DNA from: Thermoanaerobaculia bacterium
GTDB taxonomy: Bacteria; Acidobacteriota; Thermoanaerobaculia; UBA5066
Reading direction: 5' to 3'
NCBI GenBank assembly: GCA_963816185.1
Contig: CAWFJJ010000025.1
Coordinates: forward strand, 352,001-416,000
Length of the DNA stretch: 64,000 bases
Below the pieces are notes generated by a model that saw only the letters and a program-made list of their open reading frames with translations, did no database searches and was not told where the DNA came from. Below are positions 28,724 through 38,109 of the stretch, in pieces. A program made the position numbers and the translations under genes. Numbering within the stretch: the stretch's first letter is position 1; each line of letters starts with the position of its first letter.

Positions 28724-30022
28724 TTGGCCGCGTCCCGTCCTTACGAGGCCCTTCGGCACCGCGACTTCCGCCGTATGGCCGTCTCGATGCTCGTGTCCCT
28801 CGTCGGCACGCAGATGCAGAACGCCGCGATCGACTGGCACGTCTGGGTCCTCACGCGCTCGCCTCTGGCGCTCGGCTTCGTGGGCCTCGTGCGCATCGTT
28901 CCGATCGTGGCGTTCTCGCTCGTCGGCGGCCTCGTAGCGGACCGGCGAGACCGGCGCCGCGTCCTCGTCGTCACGCAGTCCTCGATGACGCTCGTCGCGC
29001 TCGCGCTCGGCACCGCGACGCTCTTGGGGCGCGATTCCGTCGGGCTCGTCTATCTCCTGACGGCGCTCACCTCCGCGGCCGGCGCGTTCGACAACCCCTC
29101 CCGCCAATCCCTGATCCCGCGTCTCGTGCCGAAGAAGGATCTGCCCGGCGCGCTCTCGATCATGTTGTCGTCCTTTCAGCTCGCGTCCATCGGAGGCCCC
29201 GCGCTCACGGGACTCGTGCTCGCCGGAGCGGCAGCGACCGGACCGGCGCCGACGTCGCACGCACATGCCGGCGGCCTCGCGCTCATCTATTTTCTCAACG
29301 CCGCGTCGTTCCTCGGCGTCCTCTTGACGCTGGTCACGCTGAAGACGTCAGGCGAGATCGTGCGTGCCGAAGGAGCGTCCGAGCATCCGATCACGTCCCT
29401 CAAGGAAGGCCTGCGTTTCGTCTTCACGACGCCGATCCTCGTCTGGACGATGACACTCGACTTCTTCGCGACGTTCTTCGCGGGCTCGATGACGCTCCTT
29501 CCGATCTTCGCGGACCAGATCCTGAAGGCGGGACCGGCGGGATACGGCTGGCTGCGCGCGGCGCCCGGAATCGGGGCTCTGCTCGGGTCGGTGTGGGCCT
29601 CCGTGCACGGCCTGCCGCGGAGGCAGGGGCGCGTTTTCCTGTGGGCGGTCGCGGCATACGGCGCCGTGACGATCGTCTTCGGCCTTTCGCGGAGCTTTGT
29701 CCTCACCTTCGCCGCGCTCGCCCTCGTCGGGCTCTCGGACACGATCTCCACGGTCGTGCGCCAGGCCGTGCGGCAGCTCGGCACGCCCGACGCGCTTCGC
29801 GGTCGGATGACGGGCGTGAACATGGTCTTCTTCATGGGCGGCCCGCAGCTCGGCGAGCTGGAGGCCGGTTTCGTCGCGAGCCTCTTCGCGTCGGCGGCGC
29901 TCGGGGCGTCCGTCGCGGTCGTCTCGGGCGGCGTCGGGACGCTCCTCGTCGTCGCATTCGTCGCGGCGCGCGCGAAGGTGGTGCGCGACTACGACTGGAC
30001 ATCCTTGTCCTCGACGCCTTGA
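28724..30022 (+). CDS. MFS transporter (about 12 TM)
   Basis: GLVADRRDRRR motif A; TPDALRGR. Confidence 0.9.
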   Translation: MAASRPYEALRHRDFRRMAVSMLVSLVGTQMQNAAIDWHVWVLTRSPLALGFVGLVRIVPIVAFSLVGGLVADRRDRRRVLVVTQSSMTLVALALGTATLLGRDSVGLVYLLTALTSAAGAFDNPSRQSLIPRLVPKKDLPGALSIMLSSFQLASIGGPALTGLVLAGAAATGPAPTSHAHAGGLALIYFLNAASFLGVLLTLVTLKTSGEIVRAEGASEHPITSLKEGLRFVFTTPILVWTMTLDFFATFFAGSMTLLPIFADQILKAGPAGYGWLRAAPGIGALLGSVWASVHGLPRRQGRVFLWAVAAYGAVTIVFGLSRSFVLTFAALALVGLSDTISTVVRQAVRQLGTPDALRGRMTGVNMVFFMGGPQLGELEAGFVASLFASAALGASVAVVSGGVGTLLVVAFVAARAKVVRDYDWTSLSSTP

Positions 30023-30029
30023 TATCGTC

Positions 30030-30074
30030 GAAGGGAAGAGGAAGAGGAAGAGGAAGAGGAAGAGAAGAGGAAGA
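30030..30074 (+). repeat. (GGAAGA)5 microsatellite inside a 45-nt pure purine tract
   Basis: Five perfect units at 30034-30063, then GAAGAGGAAGA. Confidence 0.9.
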
Positions 30075-30098
30075 TTTTCTTAGAAAGGGGAAGAGAGG

Positions 30099-33000
30099 AT
30101 GGGGAGAATATTCATCGCGGCGGCCGCGCTCGCGATCGCCCTCTGCGCGCAGGCGTCGCCTGAGCCGATGCCCAATCCCCCTTCTAAGAAAAATCCATCA
30201 TCACCCTTTGCTTCACCAGCAGCAGGCACAGCACCGGCGAACCCCTCTTCTTCCGAAACAGAAAAGAAACCTCTTACGCTTTCCGACGAGCTCGCCGGCC
30301 TCCAGTTCCGCAACATCGGCCCCTTCCGTGGCGGGCGCGTCACGGCCGTGGCCGGCGTCCCCGGCCAGCCGCTCACGTTCTACTTCGGCGGCACGGGCGG
30401 CGGCGTGTGGAAGACGACGGATGGAGGCGCGAGCTGGGACAGTGTGTCGGACAAGTTCTTCAGGACGGGCTCCGTGGGCGCGCTTGCCGTGGCGGACTCG
30501 GATCCGAATGTGATTTACGCGGGGATGGGCGAAGGCTGCATCCGCGGCAATGCCTCCGCGGGCGACGGCGTCTGGAAGTCCACGGACGCCGGGAAGACGT
30601 GGGCTTACGCGGGCCTGAAAGACACGCAGCAGATTCCGCGCGTCCGCGTGCACCCGAAGAACCCCGATCTCGTCTACGTCGCGGCGCTCGGGCACACGTG
30701 GGGCCCCAACCCCGAGCGCGGCATCTTCCGTTCGCAGGACGGCGGGAAGACGTGGAAGAAGATTCTCTTCGTGGACGAGAAGACCGGGGCGTCCGATCTC
30801 GTCATGGATCCCGTGAACCCGCGCGTCCTCTACGCGGGCTTCTGGCAGGTCGGCAGGAAGCCGTGGACCCTGGAGAGCGGCGGACCGGGCGGCGGCCTCT
30901 GGAAGACGACGGACGGCGGCGACACGTGGAAGAAGCTCGCGGGCGGGCTGCCCGAGGGCGTCGTGGGGCGCGTGGGCGTCGCGGTGTCCCCGGCGCGGCC
31001 CGAGCGCGTGTGGGCCGTCGTCGAGGCCGAGAAGGGCGGCGTCTTCCGAACGGACGACGGCGGCGAGACGTGGAAGAAGCTGAACGACGAGAACAAGCTC
31101 CGGCAGCGCGCCTGGTATTACTCGCACGTCTACGCGGACCCGAAGAACGCCGACGCCGTCTACGTGCTGAACGTCGCGTTCTTCCGGTCCGGCGACGGCG
31201 GGAAGACGTTCGATCCCATCCGCACGCCGCACGGCGACAACCACGACCTCTGGATCGATCCGAACGAGCCGGGCCGCATGATCGAAGGCAACGACGGCGG
31301 CGCGACGGTCACGTTCAACGGCGGCGTGAGCTGGTCGTCGCTTCTGAACCAGCCGACGGCGCAGTTCTATCGCGTCACGACCGACGACCGCTTTCCCTAT
31401 CGCGTCTTCGGCGCCCAGCAGGACAACACGACGGTCGAGATCCTGAGCCGGACGCGCGGCAGAAGCATCGGCCCGGGCGACTGGCATGCCGTGGGCGGGT
31501 GCGAGAGCGGCTGGATCGCGCCGAAGCCGGGCGACCCCGACGTCTCCTTCGCCGGCTGCTACGGAGGTGCGATCGACCGCTACGATTTCCGGACGGGCGA
31601 GAAGCGGAACGTCGTCGCGTGGCCGCAGCTCGCGGTCGGGCAGGCGCCGAAGGACCTGAAGTATCGCTTCCAGTGGAACGCGCCGATTCTCATCTCCCCC
31701 CACGACCCGAAGACTCTTTATCACGCCGCCCAGGTCCTCCTGAAGAGCACGGACGACGGCGCAACGTGGCAGGAGATCAGCCCCGACCTCACCCGGAACG
31801 AGAAGGACACGCAGGGCTACTCCGGCGGCCCGATCACGCACGACAACACGGGCGTCGAGGTGTACGGCGTCATCTTCGCGCTCGCGGAAAGCCCGCACGA
31901 GGCGGGCACGATCTGGGCGGGTACGGACGACGGCCTCGTCCAGCTCACGCGCGACGGCGGGAAGAACTGGCGGAACGTCACGCCGAGCGGCCTGCCCGAG
32001 CGCATCCAGATCAACTCCGTCGAGCTGTCGCCGCACGACCCGGCGACCGCGTACGTGGCGGCCACGATGTACAAGCACGACGACACGCGCCCGTATCTCT
32101 ACAGGACGCGTGACTACGGCAGGACGTGGACGAAGATCGTGAGGGGCATCCCGGACGGCGCGTTCACGCGTGTGGTGCGCGAGGACCCCGTGCGCCGCGG
32201 CCTTCTCTATGCCGGCACGGAGACCGGCCTCTATCTCTCGTTCGACGACGGCGCCTCGTGGCAGCCCTGTCAGCGGAATCTGCCGGTCGTGCCCGTCACG
32301 GACCTCACGATCAAGGGAGGGGACCTCGTCGTCGCGACGCAGGGACGCGCGTTCTGGATCCTCGACGACCTCGCGCCGCTCGAGACGTGGAACGCCGACG
32401 TCGAGAGGAAGGACCTCTACCTATTCCGCCCGAGCCCTGCCGTGCGATTCGGGTCCGGCGGCGGCTTCGGGAGCGCGGAAGCCGGGCCCCCTCGCGGCGT
32501 CGGGCAGAACCCGCCCGTGGGCGCCCTCATTTCGTACTGGTTGAAGGACGCGCCCTCGAAGAAAGCGACCGCGAAAGATGCGGTCGTGATCGAGATCCTC
32601 GACGGCGAGAAGGTGCTCCGCCGTTTCACGAGCGAGAAGCCCGCCGAGGAGAACGGCTCGGCCGAGGTCCGGAACGAAGACGCCGAAAAGCCTCTCGAGC
32701 CGAAAGCCGGCCTCAACCGTTTCGCGTGGGATCTGCGCATGTGGAAGGCGTCGCTCGTTCCGAAGGCGATTCTCTGGGGCAGCAAGGACGGCCCGCGCGT
32801 CGCGCCCGGCACGTATCAAGTGCGGCTGAGGAAGGGCGAGACGACTCTGACCGAGCCCCTCGAAGTGCGCGCGAACCCGAACCTCACGGTCTCCCCGGTC
32901 GATCTGAAGAAGCAGGCTGATTTTCTCGCGGAGGCGCGCGACCGCCTCTCGGAGACGCACGAGACCGCGCTTTTGTGCCGCGACGTCGAGCGTCAGGCGA

Positions 33001-33374
33001 AGGAGGTCGCGGACCGGGCGGCGAAGCTCGGGAAGAAGGAGCCTCTCGGAGAGAAGGCGAAGGCGCTTTCCGAGAAGCTCTCGGCCCTCGAGGACAAGCT
33101 CGTGAACCCGAAGGTCAAGAGCGAGCAGGACGTCCTCAACTTCCCGCCGCAGCTCGACAATCAGTTCGTCGGCATCGCGAGCGTCGTCTCCTCGGGGGAG
33201 GCCGCCCCCTCGAAAGCCGCGGTCGCGTATTTCGAGGAGCTGAAGGGCCGTCTGGCCGACCTGAAGAAGCAGCTCAAGAGCGTCTTCGACACCGACCTCG
33301 CAGACTTCAACAAGACGGTTCAGGAACAGGGCATCCCGCCGGTCGCGGCGGTGCCCATGGGGAAGAAGAAATGA
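30099..33374 (+). CDS. Secreted VPS10/BNR-repeat glycosyl-hydrolase-like protein
   Basis: Signal peptide; RNIGPFRGGR; repeated TTDGGxTW. Confidence 0.88.
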   Translation: MGRIFIAAAALAIALCAQASPEPMPNPPSKKNPSSPFASPAAGTAPANPSSSETEKKPLTLSDELAGLQFRNIGPFRGGRVTAVAGVPGQPLTFYFGGTGGGVWKTTDGGASWDSVSDKFFRTGSVGALAVADSDPNVIYAGMGEGCIRGNASAGDGVWKSTDAGKTWAYAGLKDTQQIPRVRVHPKNPDLVYVAALGHTWGPNPERGIFRSQDGGKTWKKILFVDEKTGASDLVMDPVNPRVLYAGFWQVGRKPWTLESGGPGGGLWKTTDGGDTWKKLAGGLPEGVVGRVGVAVSPARPERVWAVVEAEKGGVFRTDDGGETWKKLNDENKLRQRAWYYSHVYADPKNADAVYVLNVAFFRSGDGGKTFDPIRTPHGDNHDLWIDPNEPGRMIEGNDGGATVTFNGGVSWSSLLNQPTAQFYRVTTDDRFPYRVFGAQQDNTTVEILSRTRGRSIGPGDWHAVGGCESGWIAPKPGDPDVSFAGCYGGAIDRYDFRTGEKRNVVAWPQLAVGQAPKDLKYRFQWNAPILISPHDPKTLYHAAQVLLKSTDDGATWQEISPDLTRNEKDTQGYSGGPITHDNTGVEVYGVIFALAESPHEAGTIWAGTDDGLVQLTRDGGKNWRNVTPSGLPERIQINSVELSPHDPATAYVAATMYKHDDTRPYLYRTRDYGRTWTKIVRGIPDGAFTRVVREDPVRRGLLYAGTETGLYLSFDDGASWQPCQRNLPVVPVTDLTIKGGDLVVATQGRAFWILDDLAPLETWNADVERKDLYLFRPSPAVRFGSGGGFGSAEAGPPRGVGQNPPVGALISYWLKDAPSKKATAKDAVVIEILDGEKVLRRFTSEKPAEENGSAEVRNEDAEKPLEPKAGLNRFAWDLRMWKASLVPKAILWGSKDGPRVAPGTYQVRLRKGETTLTEPLEVRANPNLTVSPVDLKKQADFLAEARDRLSETHETALLCRDVERQAKEVADRAAKLGKKEPLGEKAKALSEKLSALEDKLVNPKVKSEQDVLNFPPQLDNQFVGIASVVSSGEAAPSKAAVAYFEELKGRLADLKKQLKSVFDTDLADFNKTVQEQGIPPVAAVPMGKKK

Positions 33375-33397
33375 GACGGTCCGCATCGGAGGAGAAA

Positions 33398-33868
33398 ATG
33401 CAAATCACGTCGACCGCATTCGCGAACCACGGCTCGATCCCGTCGAAATACACGTGCGACGGCCCCGACCTCTCGCCCGCGCTCGCGTGGGTGGGCGCGC
33501 CGCCGGGGACGAAATCTTTCGCCCTCATCGTCGACGACCCCGACGCTCCCGATCCGGCCGCCCCGAAGATGACGTGGGTTCACTGGGTCCTCTACGACCT
33601 CCCGGCGTCGGCGACGGGACTTCCCGAGGCCGTCGCGGCGAAGGATCTCCCGAAGGGCGCTCTGGAAGGGACGAACGACTGGAAGCGAACCGGATATGGC
33701 GGCCCCTGTCCCCCGATCGGCCGCCATCGCTACTTCTTCAAGCTTTACGCCCTCGATGCCGTCCTTCCCGCACTCGGCAAGCCGACGAAAGCGAAGCTCG
33801 ACGAGGCGATGAAGGGCCACGTTCTGGCCGAGGCGCAGCTGATGGGGACGTACCAGAAGGCGAAGTAG
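33398..33868 (+). CDS. YbhB/YbcL (PEBP/Raf kinase inhibitor-like) protein
   Basis: DDPDAP, WVHW, GYGGPCPP, HRYFF; SD GGAGG. Confidence 0.92.
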   Translation: MQITSTAFANHGSIPSKYTCDGPDLSPALAWVGAPPGTKSFALIVDDPDAPDPAAPKMTWVHWVLYDLPASATGLPEAVAAKDLPKGALEGTNDWKRTGYGGPCPPIGRHRYFFKLYALDAVLPALGKPTKAKLDEAMKGHVLAEAQLMGTYQKAK

Positions 33869-33871
33869 ACG

Positions 33872-34783
33872 GTGGAAGACCTCTCGCGGCGCGATACCTT
33901 GCGCGTCCTCGGGGCCACGGCCGCGGGAGCCTTTCTCGGCGCCTCCGGCGCGGGCGCGTTCCCCGAGCCGATCATCCGAGCGATCCCGTCGTCCGGCGAG
34001 CGGATCCCCGTCGTGGGTCTCGGGACCTTTTCGACGTTCAACGTGGGCCCGGCGGCGGCGGCGCGCGCGCCCCTCGAGGAGGTCCTTGCGCGGTTCGTGG
34101 AGAGGGGCGGGCGCGTCGTGGACTCCTCCCCGATGTACGGGCGATCCGAGGAGGTCGTCGGCGCGATCGCGGCGAAGCTGGGCTTGACGGAACGACTCTT
34201 TCTCGCGACGAAGGTCTGGACGCGCGGGCGCGAGGCCGGCCTTCGCCAGATCGAGGCGTCCGAGCGGCTTCTCGGAAAGAAACGCCTCGATCTCCTCCAG
34301 GTGCACAACCTGCTCGACCTCGGGACGCACCTCGCGACCCTTCGCGCGATGAAAGACGCGGGAGTCGTGCGCTACATCGGCGTCACGCACTACACATCGA
34401 GCGCGTATCCCGAGCTCGAGCGCGTCCTTCTCCGGGAGAAGCTGGACTTCCTCCAGGTGAACTACTCGCTCGCCGAGCGCGAGGCGGAGGGGCGGATTCT
34501 GCCGCTCGCGCGGGACAAAAGCGTCGCCGTTCTCGTGAACCGCCCGTTCGCGGGAGGCGAGGCCCTGAAGCGCGTCCTCTCGCGGCCCTTGCCCGCATGG
34601 GCCTCGGAATTCGACTGCACGTCCTGGCCGCAGTTCTTCCTGAAGTGGATTCTCTCCAACCCCGCCGTCACGTGCGCGATTCCCGCGACCAGCAAGCGCG
34701 CGCACCTCGACGACGATCTCGACGCGGCGTTCGGACGCCTGCCGGACGAGAAGCTCAGGCGCCGGATGGCCGACGTGATCTGA
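33872..34783 (+). CDS. Aldo/keto reductase with Tat-like leader
   Basis: SRRDTL; GLGT, DSSPMYG, ATK, QVHN. Confidence 0.88.
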   Translation: MEDLSRRDTLRVLGATAAGAFLGASGAGAFPEPIIRAIPSSGERIPVVGLGTFSTFNVGPAAAARAPLEEVLARFVERGGRVVDSSPMYGRSEEVVGAIAAKLGLTERLFLATKVWTRGREAGLRQIEASERLLGKKRLDLLQVHNLLDLGTHLATLRAMKDAGVVRYIGVTHYTSSAYPELERVLLREKLDFLQVNYSLAEREAEGRILPLARDKSVAVLVNRPFAGGEALKRVLSRPLPAWASEFDCTSWPQFFLKWILSNPAVTCAIPATSKRAHLDDDLDAAFGRLPDEKLRRRMADVI

Positions 34784-35708
34784 AGCCGGCCTCCAGACAG
34801 TCTCCGCGGGCAGCTTCCTTACGCTCCTCCATCTCCTCGAGGCTTTTCGGCCAGTCGCCGCGGAGAAGGCGCGAGAGGGACCGGTCCGCGAGGAGCTTGC
34901 CGCCCGTCTGGCACGCCGGGCAGTAGTTCGTCTCGTTGTCGGCGTAAACGATGCGCTGGACCTTCGTCCCACAGGCCGGGCACGGCTCGCCGTACTTGCC
35001 GTGAACGGCCATGTCGTCGCGGAACGCCGTCACCTTCTCGGGAAACTTCCCGCCGGCGTCCCGGCGCAGCCGCTCCGTCCAGTCGCGGAGCGTCTTCTTC
35101 GTCGCGTCGTGAAGGCGGGAGACCTCCTCGTCGGACAGCCGCGACGTGAGCGCGACGGGAGAAAGCCTCGCCGCGTGGAGGATCTCGTCGGAGTACGCGT
35201 TTCCAATGCCGGAGAAGAGCGTCGGATCCGTCAGGGCGCGCTTCAGAGTGTGGTTCTCGCCCCTGAGCCGCGCGGAAAAGGCCGCGCGCGTTGCTTCGAG
35301 AGGCTCGAGACCGCCGGGATCGAGCGCGGTGAGCGCCGCCTTCCCGGCGACGACCCGCACCCACGCGCGCTTCTTCGGACTCGCCTCGGTCAGAAGGAGA
35401 GATCCTGGATCGAAGTCGAGAGAAAGCAAGCCGATTTTCTTGGGAATGGGCACCAGGGGCGGCCTCCATTTGAGCCGCCCCGAGATCATGAGATGAAGAA
35501 CGAGAAAGAGATTTTCTTCGAAAGAAAATACGAGTCGCTTTCCGAGCCGTGAGACCGCCATGAGGCGCTTGCCTTCGACGGTCCGGACCGGAGGAGCCAC
35601 CGACCGCACGACGAATGGGCTCGCGAGGCGGACCTTCCTGAGGACCTCCCCCCTGACGAGGCGGTCGAGGTACTCGAGGTAGACAGTGATGTCCGGCAGT
35701 TCCGGCAT
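34755..35708 (-). CDS. Fpg/Nei-family DNA glycosylase/AP lyase
   Basis: MPELPD start, GIGNAYSDEIL, CPAC..CPAC zinc finger. Confidence 0.92.
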   Translation of the reverse strand: MPELPDITVYLEYLDRLVRGEVLRKVRLASPFVVRSVAPPVRTVEGKRLMAVSRLGKRLVFSFEENLFLVLHLMISGRLKWRPPLVPIPKKIGLLSLDFDPGSLLLTEASPKKRAWVRVVAGKAALTALDPGGLEPLEATRAAFSARLRGENHTLKRALTDPTLFSGIGNAYSDEILHAARLSPVALTSRLSDEEVSRLHDATKKTLRDWTERLRRDAGGKFPEKVTAFRDDMAVHGKYGEPCPACGTKVQRIVYADNETNYCPACQTGGKLLADRSLSRLLRGDWPKSLEEMEERKEAARGDCLEAGFRSRRPSGA

Positions 35709-35726
35709 TCGAGGGAGAATAGGCCG

Positions 35727-37331
35727 ATGATGCGGACCTGCCGCAAGGCCGATTCCTCGGCGACCCCCTCCCACGGGCCGCGCACGCTGCCTCCGGAGCT
35801 GCTGTGCGCGGGGGCGAGGCGCCTCGGGATCATGGCGCTCCTCTCGGCGTTCGCGAGCGTGGGAATGGGCGTCGGCTCGCGGCTTCTCGGGGCGCGGCTC
35901 GGGCTGCCTCCACCTTCGGGAATCGTGCTCTTCGCGGAGATCGCGGCGGTCGCGGCCTCCCTCGGGATGTTCGCTCTCACGCGGCGCACGGAGCAAGACG
36001 CGGCCGAGCTGCTCGACCGCGGCCTCGTCTACGAGGTCGGGATGGGGTTTCTCATCGCCGTGACGTACCACTGCTGGCCGGCGCCGCCCGGCCAGATCCC
36101 GAAGGGATGGTCGCCCGTGGCCGTGTGGCTGATCGCGTTCGCGCTGCTCGTGCCGGCGACGCACGGCAAGAACGTCCTCGCCACCGTCGCCACCGCGCTC
36201 ATGGACCCGCTCGGCCTGACGGTGTCCTTCGCGCTCGGGAGCCCGTCCCCGCCCGCGGTCGTCGTGACGAGCATGTTCCTGCCGACCGCCATCGCGGCCG
36301 CCGCCGCGATCGTGGGCTCGCGCGTCGTGAGCGAGCTGTCCGAGCAGGCCGGCCGTGCGGAGGAGCTCGGGAGCTACCGTCTCGTCGAGCTGCTCGGCCA
36401 TGGCGGCATGGGAGAGGTGTGGCGCGCGGAGCACCGCATGCTGGCGCGCGACGCGGCGATCAAGCTCGTGCGCGGCGGTACCGACGCATCGGGGCGCGAG
36501 ATGATGGCGCGGTTCGAGCGCGAGGCGAAGGCCACGGCCGCGCTTCGGTCGCCGCACACCGTCCAGCTCTACGATTTCGGACGCTCCGACGACGGCGCGT
36601 TCTACTACGTGATGGAGCTCCTCGAAGGCTTCACGCTCGAGGAGATCGTCCGCCGCTTCGGACCTCTTCCGGCGGGGCGCGTCGTCCACCTCCTCCGGCA
36701 GGTCTGCCATTCGCTCGCCGAGGCGCACGCCGCAGGCCTCGTCCACCGCGACATCAAGCCCGGCAACATCTTCGTCGCCCGCTACGGCGGCGATCCCGAT
36801 TTCGTGAAGGTGCTCGACTTCGGCCTCGTGAAGACGCTCGCGGCTTCTGCCGCGGACCTCACGCAGGCCGGCCTCCTCGCGGGCACGCCCGCCTTCATGC
36901 CGCCGGAGATGGCGCTCGGGCGAGCCGTGGACGGCCGCACGGACCTCTACGCGCTCGGCGCCGTCGGATACACGCTTCTCACGGGCGTCCCGGTCTTCGA
37001 ACGGAAGACCGCCCTGGAGACGATCCACGATCACGCCTCGACGCCTCCGATTCCGCCCTCGAGGCGCGTCGCGACGCCGGTGCCAGCGGACCTCGAGCGC
37101 GTCATCCTCGACTGTCTCGCGAAGGAGCCGGACGAACGGCCCGAGAGCGCGCGGGCTCTCGACGCGCTGCTCGCCGCCATCGTCCTGCCGGAGCCCTGGA
37201 CGCGGGAGATGGCCGAACGGTGGTGGACCCGGAACGGGGCCGTGGCGATTCCCGTCAAGATTCCGGCACCGAGCTCGGAGAGCGACGCGGAAGGGACGCG
37301 CATCACGCCGCCGGCGGCCGCGGCCGGCTGA
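35727..37331 (+). CDS. Membrane Ser/Thr protein kinase (N-terminal TMs, C-terminal kinase)
   Basis: GHGGMGEV, AIK, HRDIKPGN, DFG. Confidence 0.92.
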   Translation: MMRTCRKADSSATPSHGPRTLPPELLCAGARRLGIMALLSAFASVGMGVGSRLLGARLGLPPPSGIVLFAEIAAVAASLGMFALTRRTEQDAAELLDRGLVYEVGMGFLIAVTYHCWPAPPGQIPKGWSPVAVWLIAFALLVPATHGKNVLATVATALMDPLGLTVSFALGSPSPPAVVVTSMFLPTAIAAAAAIVGSRVVSELSEQAGRAEELGSYRLVELLGHGGMGEVWRAEHRMLARDAAIKLVRGGTDASGREMMARFEREAKATAALRSPHTVQLYDFGRSDDGAFYYVMELLEGFTLEEIVRRFGPLPAGRVVHLLRQVCHSLAEAHAAGLVHRDIKPGNIFVARYGGDPDFVKVLDFGLVKTLAASAADLTQAGLLAGTPAFMPPEMALGRAVDGRTDLYALGAVGYTLLTGVPVFERKTALETIHDHASTPPIPPSRRVATPVPADLERVILDCLAKEPDERPESARALDALLAAIVLPEPWTREMAERWWTRNGAVAIPVKIPAPSSESDAEGTRITPPAAAAG

Positions 37332-37350
37332 GGCGCCGCAGAATCGGCTC

Positions 37351-38109
37351 ATGTGCGGCCGGTACTGGATCACGTCGCCCGCCGACGTCCTGATCTCTCG
37401 CTTTCGTGTTCCGGGGGAGGCGATTCCGCTTCGGCCGCGGTGGAATGCGGCGCCCGGACAGGACCTGCCGGTCATCCACGTCGGGGACAGGGGAGAGCGC
37501 CGTCTCGAGCCGATGCGTTGGGGACTCGTGCCCGGGTGGGCCTCGGATCCCGCGGACGCGGGCCGGCCGATCAACGCACGCGCCGAGACCGCCGCGGCGA
37601 AACCGAGCTTTCGCGAATCGTTCCGGCGGCGGCGCGCCCTCGTGCCCGCAGACGGCTTCTACGAGTGGAAGCGCTACGGCCACGTGGCGGTGCCGTCCGG
37701 ATTCCGGGTGAAGTCGAGAGAGCCGTTCGCGATCGCGGCCCTGTGGGACGAATGGCGCCCGCGGCAAGGGCCGCCGCTGCGGACGTTCGTGCTCCTCACG
37801 ACGGACGCGAACCCCGAAGTCGCGCGCGTGCACGACCGCATGCCAGTCATCCTCGAGCCGGGCGGGGAGGAGCTGTGGCTCGACCCCCGCGTCGAGGACC
37901 CGGCGTCGCTCGCGAAGGTGCTTCACCCATTTCCGGCGGGTGCCCTCGAGTCGTTCGACGTGTCGCCGCGGGTCAACTCGCCGGAGGTCGACGACCCGTC
38001 GGTCTTCGATCTCGCCGCGCCGCCCGCCGCGGAGCCGCCGAAGCGCGCGCAACCCGCACGGAAAATCCAGCGAACACTCTGGGAAAATGGAGACGACGAT
38101 GCCGCGTAG
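37351..38109 (+). CDS. SRAP/HMCES (YedK-like) abasic-site processing protein
   Basis: MCGRY, INARAE, GFYEW, HDRMP. Confidence 0.95.
   Translation: MCGRYWITSPADVLISRFRVPGEAIPLRPRWNAAPGQDLPVIHVGDRGERRLEPMRWGLVPGWASDPADAGRPINARAETAAAKPSFRESFRRRRALVPADGFYEWKRYGHVAVPSGFRVKSREPFAIAALWDEWRPRQGPPLRTFVLLTTDANPEVARVHDRMPVILEPGGEELWLDPRVEDPASLAKVLHPFPAGALESFDVSPRVNSPEVDDPSVFDLAAPPAAEPPKRAQPARKIQRTLWENGDDDAA

Noticed and set aside
30030-30074. CRISPR-like or coding repeat
   Set aside because: It is a hexamer microsatellite without spacers; I saw no CRISPR array or cas gene in the window.
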